Shown: one piece after another, positions 51,382-60,379 of the stretch
How the letters are laid out: every line of letters begins with the position of its first letter
Position numbering within the stretch: the first letter of the stretch is position 1
From: Obrimoposthia wandeli
Lineage: Eukaryota
Assembly: GCA_977020255.1 (NCBI GenBank)
Contig: CDROCS010000650.1
Span: forward strand, 1-64,000
Direction of reading: 5' to 3'
Length of the DNA stretch: 64,000 bases
Position numbers and translations under genes: made by a program
The notes under the pieces: model-generated
Told to the model about the DNA's origin: nothing
Databases searched by the model: none
Seen by the model: the letters and a program-made list of their open reading frames with translations, nothing else

Positions 51382-53717
51382 CGTACCTTTTTCTGATATA
51401 TCAGAACGCCGTTTCCTTCTGTGACTTCAGCTTGGATGGTTTGAGTCAATTTCGTCAGATGTTGTTGTGCATCGTTTATCTCTCGATTGGAAGCATGTAT
51501 GTATCGAGTGGTGTCATCTTCAGTATTTTGACACAGACTAATTATCTCGTTTCCGACTTCAACAATGTTGATTACTCGGTTGATACTGTGGAACTTTAAT
51601 CCAGCAGTATCTATATCTCCTGGATGACATAAAAATACTTTTGGCATTATCTGTGTAATTTTGTCGACTCCGGCTAAGAATAACCCAGTCAGTGATAATG
51701 CTTGAAGGAAATTCTTTTCCTTTGGATCCTCAGGAATGTCGTCCATCCGTCTTTGTTCTTGCAACAGAAGTTGGTAATTTGCCAACTGTCCCAAAAAATT
51801 AAGATTTGGGTTTGCAATACTTCTTCTCTCCTGTAGGTATTTTAGCGCTTCTAGTACCTGCATTCGTCTAGTCTTTATTAGATATGCTAATACTAGAGTT
51901 GCTGATCGAGAAATTCCTTTTTGGCAATGTACCAACACTTTTCCTTGGTTTCGGAGTTCTCTGTGAAGTATTTCGTTTGTTTCTACGAACCATTCGAGAA
52001 GATTAGCGTCCATTGAGTCTTTTACTCTTAATGTCATAGCTCTGATCGTCTGATATTGCGATTTGTGATTCATTGTAACGTTGATCACGTATGTTATCCC
52101 TTGTTCCAACAGTTTCTTTTCATCTGTTGCATCCTCCACATTTCCGAGGTATAACTTACCTGGAATGATCTCACTCATTGGTGGCATTAATTCTGACTCT
52201 TCAAGTTTTAGTCTTTCTAATCTCTTCTCTATCTGTTCGTCGATGTTGGATAGTTTCGCCAGTTTCTTTCCTCTCAGCATTCGTATTGCTGGAGAGATAT
52301 TCATCTTTGTCTCTGATGTCTGTTCCTTTGTTGAGTCTTCTTCCGACTCGGTCTCCTCTGCAGATTTAATTCGTCTTTCTTGTATATTCTGTTTCACGAA
52401 TTCTATGTTTTGTCTTTTTCTGCTCTCTTTAGCGAATTCAACCTCCATGGTTCTTCCGAATCGCTCTATTATGTTATCTTCGGATTCTGTTGATTCTGTA
52501 TCGTTACTTTCCGGTTCGCTGTCTTCACTAGACTCGCTCGAAGGGTATTCTGGTATGTCTGTCTGAACTGAAATTAATGAAGGGGTTAGAATAATTGGGT
52601 TGATTTCCCCTTCGTATTTGTGAATCGGATACGGTATTACACTATCTTTAAGTATCTCAACTTGGAACTGTGCTCCATAGCACATGACAACTGTTTCCAA
52701 TTTACCCATGATGGACAATCCATCAAAATAGGTAACATTCAGCTTAGATATCGGTGTCTTCGCATAATTAATTAAGTTTACTCGTATCTCAGTTGATGAC
52801 GGCCATCGATTTTTTAGTAAAATTATAATTTCGTCGTTTATCGATGTGATCACACTTGGCGCGGATGATACTATTTCAGCATGATATTTTGGCTGGTTTG
52901 AAGTTGTTACTTGTTCTCGGATCATATTGATTCTTTGTGGTTTTTTATTTTTAGCTTCCCACTTCCGGTATCCGCTGTCGATGCGTAATTCTGCCGTTGC
53001 TTTGATGATTTTATTGTTAGTCACTTCCGGATGGGTTGGCGAATGGAATCCTTCTATTACGCTCAACCTTACAGATACTTCCGTTTGATCTGTGTCTAAT
53101 CGGTGAGATTCTGGTATACAACATACAATTGTCTTTCCATCAAAGTATTTGGTGTCCATCTGACAAATTATCTTTTCAGTGTCAGCGTCGATTAAATGGA
53201 CTCTCATGATATCTCTTTTCCCATGTGAATTACGTAATACCATTATTACATCGTGGTATTCTTGTTTGAGTCTTTTTGGTGTACCATGCAGTATGTGACC
53301 ACCGGCCGGTTTCTTCTCTTCCTGACTGGCTAGTCCTGCTTCAGTACTGTCATAGTTCTGCCATGCAACTATGTTTGGTGTCAATGTGATTTCGATTATC
53401 ACTTTCTCAGTCGTAAACACATTGGAATTTTGATAAAGCGCTGCGACTAGTGTATTCCCGTCATAGTATGACACTCTAAGTTCGCACAGAAATTCGTTTG
53501 TTAGTGCATCTTTCACAATGACTTCTTTAGCTACATCTGTTGGTTGTGTTTTCGAAAACGACTATTATCTCTTCGTCTTCTTCTAATATCTCTTGTGGTG
53601 CGATGTGTCGGATTACTTCCTTTTCCTCTTGGTACTTCATTCTGAGCATACCAATTCTCGCTGGTTTTTCTCGCTACCACTCGTCATCATGTTTATGTAG
53701 TTCCGATCACTTACCAT
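51375..53717 (-). CDS. Polyprotein segment: three DBB/IPT-like repeats, an active dual-specificity phosphatase and a second, dead DSP domain
   Basis: VLVHCQKGISRSATLVLAYL at 51903-51929 with EIIPGKLYLG and NPNLNFLGQL. The 713-aa ORF extends upstream to ~53717 if two homopolymer slips (~53665, ~53552) are corrected. Confidence 0.8.
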
Positions 53718-53736
53718 TCGTGTAAGTTTAATGGTA

Positions 53737-54264
53737 TTAATTATTCGATTTCGATTTCTGTGATCTTAACTCATATCGTGACGCATTATCTTTATTTGGT
53801 ACTAATTTGCATCGATTTGCATGTACAATCATCGGTTCCTTGTTCCGATTCTCTTCGTTGATTACTTTCAAATTTGTTGAGGTTGTCTGGATCACCTTGT
53901 ATGGTCCTTTATATGGTCTGTGAAGTTTAAACGATAGACCTGGTTCGATGACTGGATAAAATATCATCACTTGATCTCCGACTCTAAATTCATGTGGTTT
54001 TGCTTTTTTGTCGTATTGTTCCTTGTAACCTTCTTGATTGAATTTCAACTTCAATCCGGCTTTGGTCCAAGCATCTTGTAACCTTTCCTTCATGACAACA
54101 ATGTATTGTTCAGTTTCTAGATACTGAGATGTTGGCTCGGTCCACTCCAGATCCATCGGCATATTGTTCTGTCTGAGATACATCAGATAGAATGGTGTGT
54201 GACCTGTCGCCTCTCGAACTGAATTCCTGTAAGCATATAAACATGAAGGTAAATATTTATCCAA
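53737..54264 (-). CDS. pol: Integrase C-terminal part (GPY/F region)
   Basis: DKYLPSCLYAYRNS...TGHTPFYLMY and KLHRPYKGPYKV. Confidence 0.9.
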   Translation of the reverse strand: MDKYLPSCLYAYRNSVREATGHTPFYLMYLRQNNMPMDLEWTEPTSQYLETEQYIVVMKERLQDAWTKAGLKLKFNQEGYKEQYDKKAKPHEFRVGDQVMIFYPVIEPGLSFKLHRPYKGPYKVIQTTSTNLKVINEENRNKEPMIVHANRCKLVPNKDNASRYELRSQKSKSNN

Positions 54265-56036
54265 TCCTCTTGCTTATCTGAGCAATAGGATTGTACCATC
54301 ATACATAAAGTTTTATTAAACCTTTCTACCAGACCATCTGTCTGTGGGTGATATGGTGAAGTTTGTAACTTCATGATTCCGAATATCTTCGATACTGCTT
54401 TTATGACTTCTCCAGTGAAGTTCTTACCTTGATCCGTTAACAATTTTCTAGGCACTCCGTATCGAAATATTATCTCTTCCACTAAGATTTGCGCTATTGT
54501 TTCAGCTTTCTGGTTCTGCATGGGATATGCTTCTACCCATCTCGTCATGTAATCCGTAAATACTATGACATACTTGTTTCCTTTACTTGATTCTCTCAAT
54601 GGTCCCAATATATCCATCGCTGTGAATTCCATTGGTGCCAAGGGAACTGGCATTGGTTTCAGTGGAACTTTAGTACGAGTTCCGGTGTCTTTTCTGGTTA
54701 AACATACTTTACATTGTTTACACCATTGTTTTATGTCGTCTTCCATACCATCCCAATGGTACTTCTCTTTGATTCTGGCTATTGTCTTTCGCCCTGACAG
54801 ATGTCCTCCTAGTGTTCCGTCGTGATACTGGATCATCACTGCTGTTTTCAATGACTTCGGAATTACTACTACTATCTTTCCGACATTATTGACAATATAC
54901 AAGATTCCTTCTTTTATCGAGTATTTTTTCGTCATTTCATCGTTTAGATCTCCTTTCACCAACAATTCTTTGATTAGACTCAGTTCTTCATCTTCTTTCT
55001 GTTCTTTGATGATCTCTTTGTCTATTTTACCCGTCTTTAGCAAAATCGTCAGTAGATTTGCTTCTCCTTTTTGGTCATTGGTTTCATCTTGTTTTTCTTC
55101 TGGAATTATGTTTCCTTTCTCGTCTACATTTGTCAATCTCGATAAACAATCTGCGTTGCCATTCGACTTTCCGGTTCTGTAACGGATTTCTAGATCGAAT
55201 TCGGCCAATTTTAGAAACCATCTGTTTAATCTACTCATCTCATCTCTATGTTTATATAAGAACTGTAGTGGTTTGTGATCTGTATACAGGAATACTTTTT
55301 GTCCTAGCAAGTAGTGTCTGTACTGTCTACATGAATACACTATGGCTAGACATTCCTTTTCGATAACAGAGTATCCTCTTTCGGCTCTGTTTAATCCTCT
55401 ACTCGCATATGCGATGACGTGTTCTCTTCCTTCGTCATCCTCTTGTCCCAATACTGCTCCTACAGCATAGTTACTTGCATCTGTCATAAGTATGAATTGT
55501 CGGTTTATATCTGGAAACGCTAATATTGGTGCTTTTATCAGTCTTTCTTTTAAATGCTCGAACGCTTGTTGGGCTTCTTCTCCCCATATGAACTTCTCAT
55601 CTTTTCTCGTCAACTTTCTCAATGGTGTTGCTATATCTGAAAAATGTTCAACAAATCGTCTATAATAATTCGCAAGACCTAAAAAACTCTGTATTTCCTT
55701 AACAGTCTTTGGCGCTAAATGCGCTTTTACTTTCTCGATCTTTGCCGGATCAGGTCGGATACCTTCTTTCGATACTATATGTCCTAAAAATGTTACTCGC
55801 TCTTTAGCCCATTCGCATTTTGTAGGTTTAACTTTTAATTTAGCGTTTTCCAGTCTTTTAAATACAACTTCAAGATTTTTTAAATGTTCTTCGAACGTTT
55901 TCGAAAATATTATTATATCATCAATATAAACCATCGTGTTTGCACACGATGCGAGTACAAAATTCATGCAACGCTGAAATGTTGCTGGAGCTCCTGTCAG
56001 TCCGAATGGCATTTTTTTCGCATTCGTATAATCCAT
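54183..56036 (-). CDS. pol: RT C-terminal half, RNase H and integrase core
   Basis: MPFGLTGAPATFQ, YIDD (55917-55928), TDAS..GAVL, E..A, TDHKPL, NADCLSR, H-x6-H/C-x2-C zinc finger, MDILGP, LTDQG, TSPYHPQTDGLVERFN. Confidence 0.96.
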   Translation of the reverse strand: MDYTNAKKMPFGLTGAPATFQRCMNFVLASCANTMVYIDDIIIFSKTFEEHLKNLEVVFKRLENAKLKVKPTKCEWAKERVTFLGHIVSKEGIRPDPAKIEKVKAHLAPKTVKEIQSFLGLANYYRRFVEHFSDIATPLRKLTRKDEKFIWGEEAQQAFEHLKERLIKAPILAFPDINRQFILMTDASNYAVGAVLGQEDDEGREHVIAYASRGLNRAERGYSVIEKECLAIVYSCRQYRHYLLGQKVFLYTDHKPLQFLYKHRDEMSRLNRWFLKLAEFDLEIRYRTGKSNGNADCLSRLTNVDEKGNIIPEEKQDETNDQKGEANLLTILLKTGKIDKEIIKEQKEDEELSLIKELLVKGDLNDEMTKKYSIKEGILYIVNNVGKIVVVIPKSLKTAVMIQYHDGTLGGHLSGRKTIARIKEKYHWDGMEDDIKQWCKQCKVCLTRKDTGTRTKVPLKPMPVPLAPMEFTAMDILGPLRESSKGNKYVIVFTDYMTRWVEAYPMQNQKAETIAQILVEEIIFRYGVPRKLLTDQGKNFTGEVIKAVSKIFGIMKLQTSPYHPQTDGLVERFNKTLCMMVQSYCSDKQEDWINIYLHVYMLTGIQFERRQVTHHSI

Positions 56037-57855
56037 CTCCGCAGGAAAAGGCTGTTTTGTGTTTATCCTCTTCCTCTATCTCGATTTGCCAGTATCCACT
56101 CTGCAAATCTAATGTTGTAAAATAATCTGAATTACCCAATTTATCGAGCATCTCTTCGATTCTAGGTAATGGATACACATCTTTTCTTGTGATCTTGTTC
56201 AGTTCTCTGAAATCTATACAGAATCTCATTTTCCCATCCTTCTTTTTTACCAACACCACAGGTGCTGAGAATGGCGAAAAACTCGGTCTAATTACTCCTG
56301 TTTTAGACATATCTTCAATCTGACTTTTTACTTCATCTTGTAATTGTAATGGTACTCGATATGGTCTTCTTCTGACTACTTTGTCTTCTGTCAGTGGTAT
56401 TGTATGTTTTATGACAGGTGTTTCTCCTATGTCATATGGATTTTTTGCAATTACTTTCGGAAATTTATGTATTAGATCAAGTAATTGTTTCTTTTCTCTA
56501 GTTGTCAGTCTTTCTGATTGAATTACTATTTCTTCGTAATCATTCGTATCTTTATCGAGTTTCATAGCACACACGGTGGGATTCTCCATCTGTGCTATCT
56601 TTCCCAACCTCATTCCTCTGTATAATAGGATGTCATTGTTGGTTGTATTCATCAGTCTAACTGGTATTTTGTGGTTTTCGATCAGGCATACTGTACTCAC
56701 AACTGGTAATTCGTATTTCTCTATGAAATCTCGTGATGGTTCGAACACAACTGGTCCTTTATCTTCTGATAATGTGTGACCTTGAATAAGAAATTGCGAT
56801 CTTTTACCGATTTTTATAGGATTCTCTATAATTACATCAATTTGGTTTATTTGTCTGTTTGATGTGCTATCCTTCAATCTTGGATCTTGTAAATCAATAC
56901 TTATCCCTTTAAGTTGTGATAGTACATCCATTCCTAAAATTGTAGGTTCAGGACATTCTTTCATGATTCTAACTGGTATAGTGATCGTATTACGTCCAAT
57001 TATAAATGTACATGGTAATATTCCCGTCACTTTTACAGGGTCTCCATTGACCGATACCAAGAATTCATCTGGTTCTGCCATTGTTCGTTTCTGTTCCTCT
57101 GTCAAACAGTCTTCACTTACTATCGAAGCTACAGCACCTGTATCAATTAAGGCTTTTACTCTTAAATTATTTACTCTAATGATAGCTGCTGGTCGCTGTG
57201 CTCCATTTATGTTTCCCATATGGTATATTGTATTTATCGAATTATTACACTCTGTCAGTCCACTTCCTGTGTTTGGATAGTGAAATCTAATGTTTCTCAC
57301 TTGTCGATCTATTATTCTTCGACAAATCGGACATGACACCATTTCATTCGCACATCTCCGACATGTTCTTACATGTCCGCATGGTAGAAAGGCAACTTCT
57401 ATTTTGTTAACCATGCAAACTGCGCATTCCGGATCTTCTAGTACGTATTCTAGTTCATTTATGTACTCTTTCTCTTTTGTTTCAATTGTACTGTCATCTT
57501 TATCTCGCAGTAATTCAAAAATCGATCCGTATCCGTTTCGCGTAGTTTTTATTTTTAATTCTACCAATTCTCTGATTCTTTCTGCTTCTTTTGGATATAA
57601 CCTTCTCACGAATGACACTACCGGTGTGTCTTGTTGAGCTAAAATCTCTTTCCGTGTGATTTGGTATTCGATTATACATTCGGTTTTCTGTTCTTTTTGT
57701 TTTATTTTGTTTTTAAAAGTACAAAATTCGCAAAATTCATAATGTAAAATTTTCTTAGGTAGCTCAAGAGTATATCTGTCGATAATTCGTTCTTTTTTAC
57801 ACTTGTGGCATTTAATTACGTCTTTACCATCCTTTTTTATAGCAAAAAGTCCCTT
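55921..57855 (-). CDS. pol: Degenerate BIR2, IAP-type RING, aspartic protease 2, dUTPase-like spacer and RT N-terminal half
   Basis: The frame is open upstream of 57618 to ~57855 (GLFAIKKDGKDVIKCHKC..H.EFCEFC). Also CAVC..FLPCGHVRTCRRC..CPICR, LIDTGA, and PVVLVKKKDGKMRFCIDFRELN..LDLQSGYWQI. Confidence 0.9.
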   Translation of the reverse strand, partial: KGLFAIKKDGKDVIKCHKCKKERIIDRYTLELPKKILHYEFCEFCTFKNKIKQKEQKTECIIEYQITRKEILAQQDTPVVSFVRRLYPKEAERIRELVELKIKTTRNGYGSIFELLRDKDDSTIETKEKEYINELEYVLEDPECAVCMVNKIEVAFLPCGHVRTCRRCANEMVSCPICRRIIDRQVRNIRFHYPNTGSGLTECNNSINTIYHMGNINGAQRPAAIIRVNNLRVKALIDTGAVASIVSEDCLTEEQKRTMAEPDEFLVSVNGDPVKVTGILPCTFIIGRNTITIPVRIMKECPEPTILGMDVLSQLKGISIDLQDPRLKDSTSNRQINQIDVIIENPIKIGKRSQFLIQGHTLSEDKGPVVFEPSRDFIEKYELPVVSTVCLIENHKIPVRLMNTTNNDILLYRGMRLGKIAQMENPTVCAMKLDKDTNDYEEIVIQSERLTTREKKQLLDLIHKFPKVIAKNPYDIGETPVIKHTIPLTEDKVVRRRPYRVPLQLQDEVKSQIEDMSKTGVIRPSFSPFSAPVVLVKKKDGKMRFCIDFRELNKITRKDVYPLPRIEEMLDKLGNSDYFTTLDLQSGYWQIEIEEEDKHKTAFSCGDGLYECEKNAIRTDRSSSNISALHEFCTRIVCKHDGLY

Positions 57856-59775
57856 TTTGCCAATTTTTTAAGTCTTGGGTCTTCGAAAGTTACTTCTCGA
57901 TACTGTTCGTCACATTCGTTCACTTCTCGCATAACTTCGAATATATCTTCAATTCGACTATTCGTTATTACTCTACCTGTTATTAGAGCTGATTCTCCTT
58001 TTGGAATCCCATCACTGTAATCGAAATCGGGTGCTTTTCCCGTTTGGATTTCTGGTACGTTTGACGTTTTCAGTTTCAAAAGAAATGGACAATTTGGTGC
58101 ATCTCTTTTATGACGTCTCATTGGGTTTTCATTCTGTTCCCATTCTCTAAACTTTACTCTACACCATACGCATCGTACTACTATCTCCTGACCATAACTG
58201 CTTGTCGCGTTTAACATTTCCAAACCTGATCTTGCCATTTTACGTGCCATTCCTTTTGAATAGTACTGTTCTAATATATTTCGTCTCTTTCTCTCGAATC
58301 TCATGGGATCCCTTTCTGACAGATTTACATATGTTATTTTTCTCCTCGTCGTATCTTGTGGTCCGAAATTTACATTTTTGTAGTGAAGTATCGACTTTGC
58401 TAGCGCTTCCTGTTTTTTGTCTGGGTACGAACTTCCCATACGGAACGTAGTGCATTTTTCTTTTTCGACTATGGGTCCTCTCAACATTTTTATCTCTCTC
58501 ACTGAACTGTCATTCTTATAACTCTTGTTGTTTGGTAGTATAATTATTCCTTCAAACATTCGTATTACGTCCATCCCAATCATGACTGGACTACCGCAAT
58601 CTGTGAATATTCTAGCATTTAACTGCAATGCTCTTCCATCGATATTCAACGAACATTTCAGTGTTCCTTCCGACACTACATCTGTACCATTCACGTTAAC
58701 AAATGTCTGTTTTCTAGGACATACTTCTCTTAATTCTTTTGATGACAAGATTTCTTTACTCAGTACTGATACTGCAGATCCGGTATCAACTTCGGCGAGA
58801 TATTCTCTTCCGTTCAATGTTACTGCTACTTGTGGTGGAGCATTTGGATTCTCATTTGATATCCTAGATTTCAGGATTCTTCTGGAATTATCTTTTTTGT
58901 CTTTTTCCTCTGCTTGTGGAATTTCACTGTAGCTCACTTTAGGCCATCTTATCATTAAGATGCCTCTCTTGAACTTTTCCTTCTCTTCCTTCAATTCCTT
59001 CATTGGATATAGGTTTAACGCCACTTCTTCCTTGTCTGGTAACGGAATCTTTGGTTTTCCTGGTATCTTTGCATATACTTCTGGACTATCATTATCGTCG
59101 TCGTTGTCGTCTCGATAGTTTCTTGGTTCTCTCATCATGGTTCTCGTTTGATGTTGCTCCTTCTTGAGGGCTCGCAACTCGTTCTCGTGATGATGGTGCA
59201 TTAGATATTTTGCTAAAAATGGAAAACATCCAATTATAAGTTGCCAGGTGATTCCGGTTATCCTGTATAAACTATACGTAGACAACACCTGGGCTATAAT
59301 TACCTGCACAAATTTAATTATAACATAAATACCTATGATACCCGAAAATAGTTGTCCTAAAACAAGGAATTTCCCCCACATCTTTCTAAGTGTCTGATGT
59401 GCTGCTTCCTTGAAATGACTTGGCGATAATAACATATCGAAATTCGCATATCTCGCTCCTGGCGGTAATGCTCGATGTACCATCTCCGTAAGTACTCTGG
59501 CTCTTCTTACTGGAAACATTATTTCGTTCCACGCCGCTTTTAAGTCTTTTTCATTGTACAATCCTGCGTTCTCCATATTTTCCACCGCTTGGAATTTCAT
59601 TTTACCTTTAAGATTCGTCATTCTTATCATCGCTGGGGTTGTCGTTGGCTTCCGATCAGGTAACGTTATCCATAGATTATTCGTCATCTGATATTCAGGT
59701 GCCATTATATTAGAGCAGCTGATTTCTTTAGTTGGAGTGTCTTTTGGAAGTAACATTCTCGTGATTGGTTCAACA
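57837..59775 (-). CDS. Env C-terminal ectodomain and TM, aspartic protease 1 and BIR1
   Basis: EISC..APEY..W, TM WGKFLVLGQLFSGIIGIYVII, EVDTGSAVSV (58779-58793), and MARSG..VRCVWC..WEQNENPMRRHKRDAPNCPFL. Confidence 0.88.
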
Positions 59776-60379
59776 AAAGATCTTTTAAATTATACGTTAC
59801 TGCCAATTCACTCGTACATCGGTCTGTTTTTCTCAACTGTACCTCTACTTTATTACACTTGTAAGTATACAATACTTCTCCCATGGTTTTAGCAAATACT
59901 CCTTCATCCAAGGGTAATAATGGTGCTACCATGTCTGGATTCGTAATAGCTAATGCTAACTTTGTTCTTACGATCTCTTTGTTTAACTGGCAATCTCTTT
60001 CGATCATCATCCGATATAACTGTTCCATTTGCATCAATCCTTTATGATAATAGAAATCAATTTTATTATTAAAATACGTGTGTAGCTGCATATCTTTAGG
60101 TTTTAGCTTGGTTTCTGCCAATGCTATTGCTTCTTTGGACAAAACTATTCCTGGATAGTTTGTAGTACTAACAGTCATTCCGCATCGCGCTTTGTTTCTC
60201 TTTTTAATAAATATCAATCCTTCTTCTATTGATGTTGCCATTAACAGTGTAGGTGTCTTTGTCATTGGAATTGGTCTTGTTTCATTTAGCAATCCTTTTC
60301 CTACTTTATTATACAGGAACCCTTCTCCATCTTTATTATACAGGAATCCTTTTATTTTATTAAAGCTAATCTCTTTCAA
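59705..60379 (-). CDS. env: Env middle ectodomain (class III, chuvirus-G-like)
   Basis: RDCQLNKEIVRTKLALA..P...GVFAKTMGEVLYTYKCNKVEVQLRKTDRCTSELAVTYN. Confidence 0.8.
   Translation of the reverse strand: MKEISFNKIKGFLYNKDGEGFLYNKVGKGLLNETRPIPMTKTPTLLMATSIEEGLIFIKKRNKARCGMTVSTTNYPGIVLSKEAIALAETKLKPKDMQLHTYFNNKIDFYYHKGLMQMEQLYRMMIERDCQLNKEIVRTKLALAITNPDMVAPLLPLDEGVFAKTMGEVLYTYKCNKVEVQLRKTDRCTSELAVTYNLKDLLLNQSRECYFQKTLQLKKSAALI

Noticed and set aside
53709-53717. ATG|GTAAGT donor-like site just after the integrase stop
   Set aside because: A good consensus, but it sits at the start of, or inside, a coding segment and would join only RING C in frame; it cannot be judged without RNA data.
60290-60350. 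27-nt duplication in env (GFLYNKDGE/GFLYNKVGK)
   Set aside because: Real, but in frame and diverged, with no interpretable consequence.
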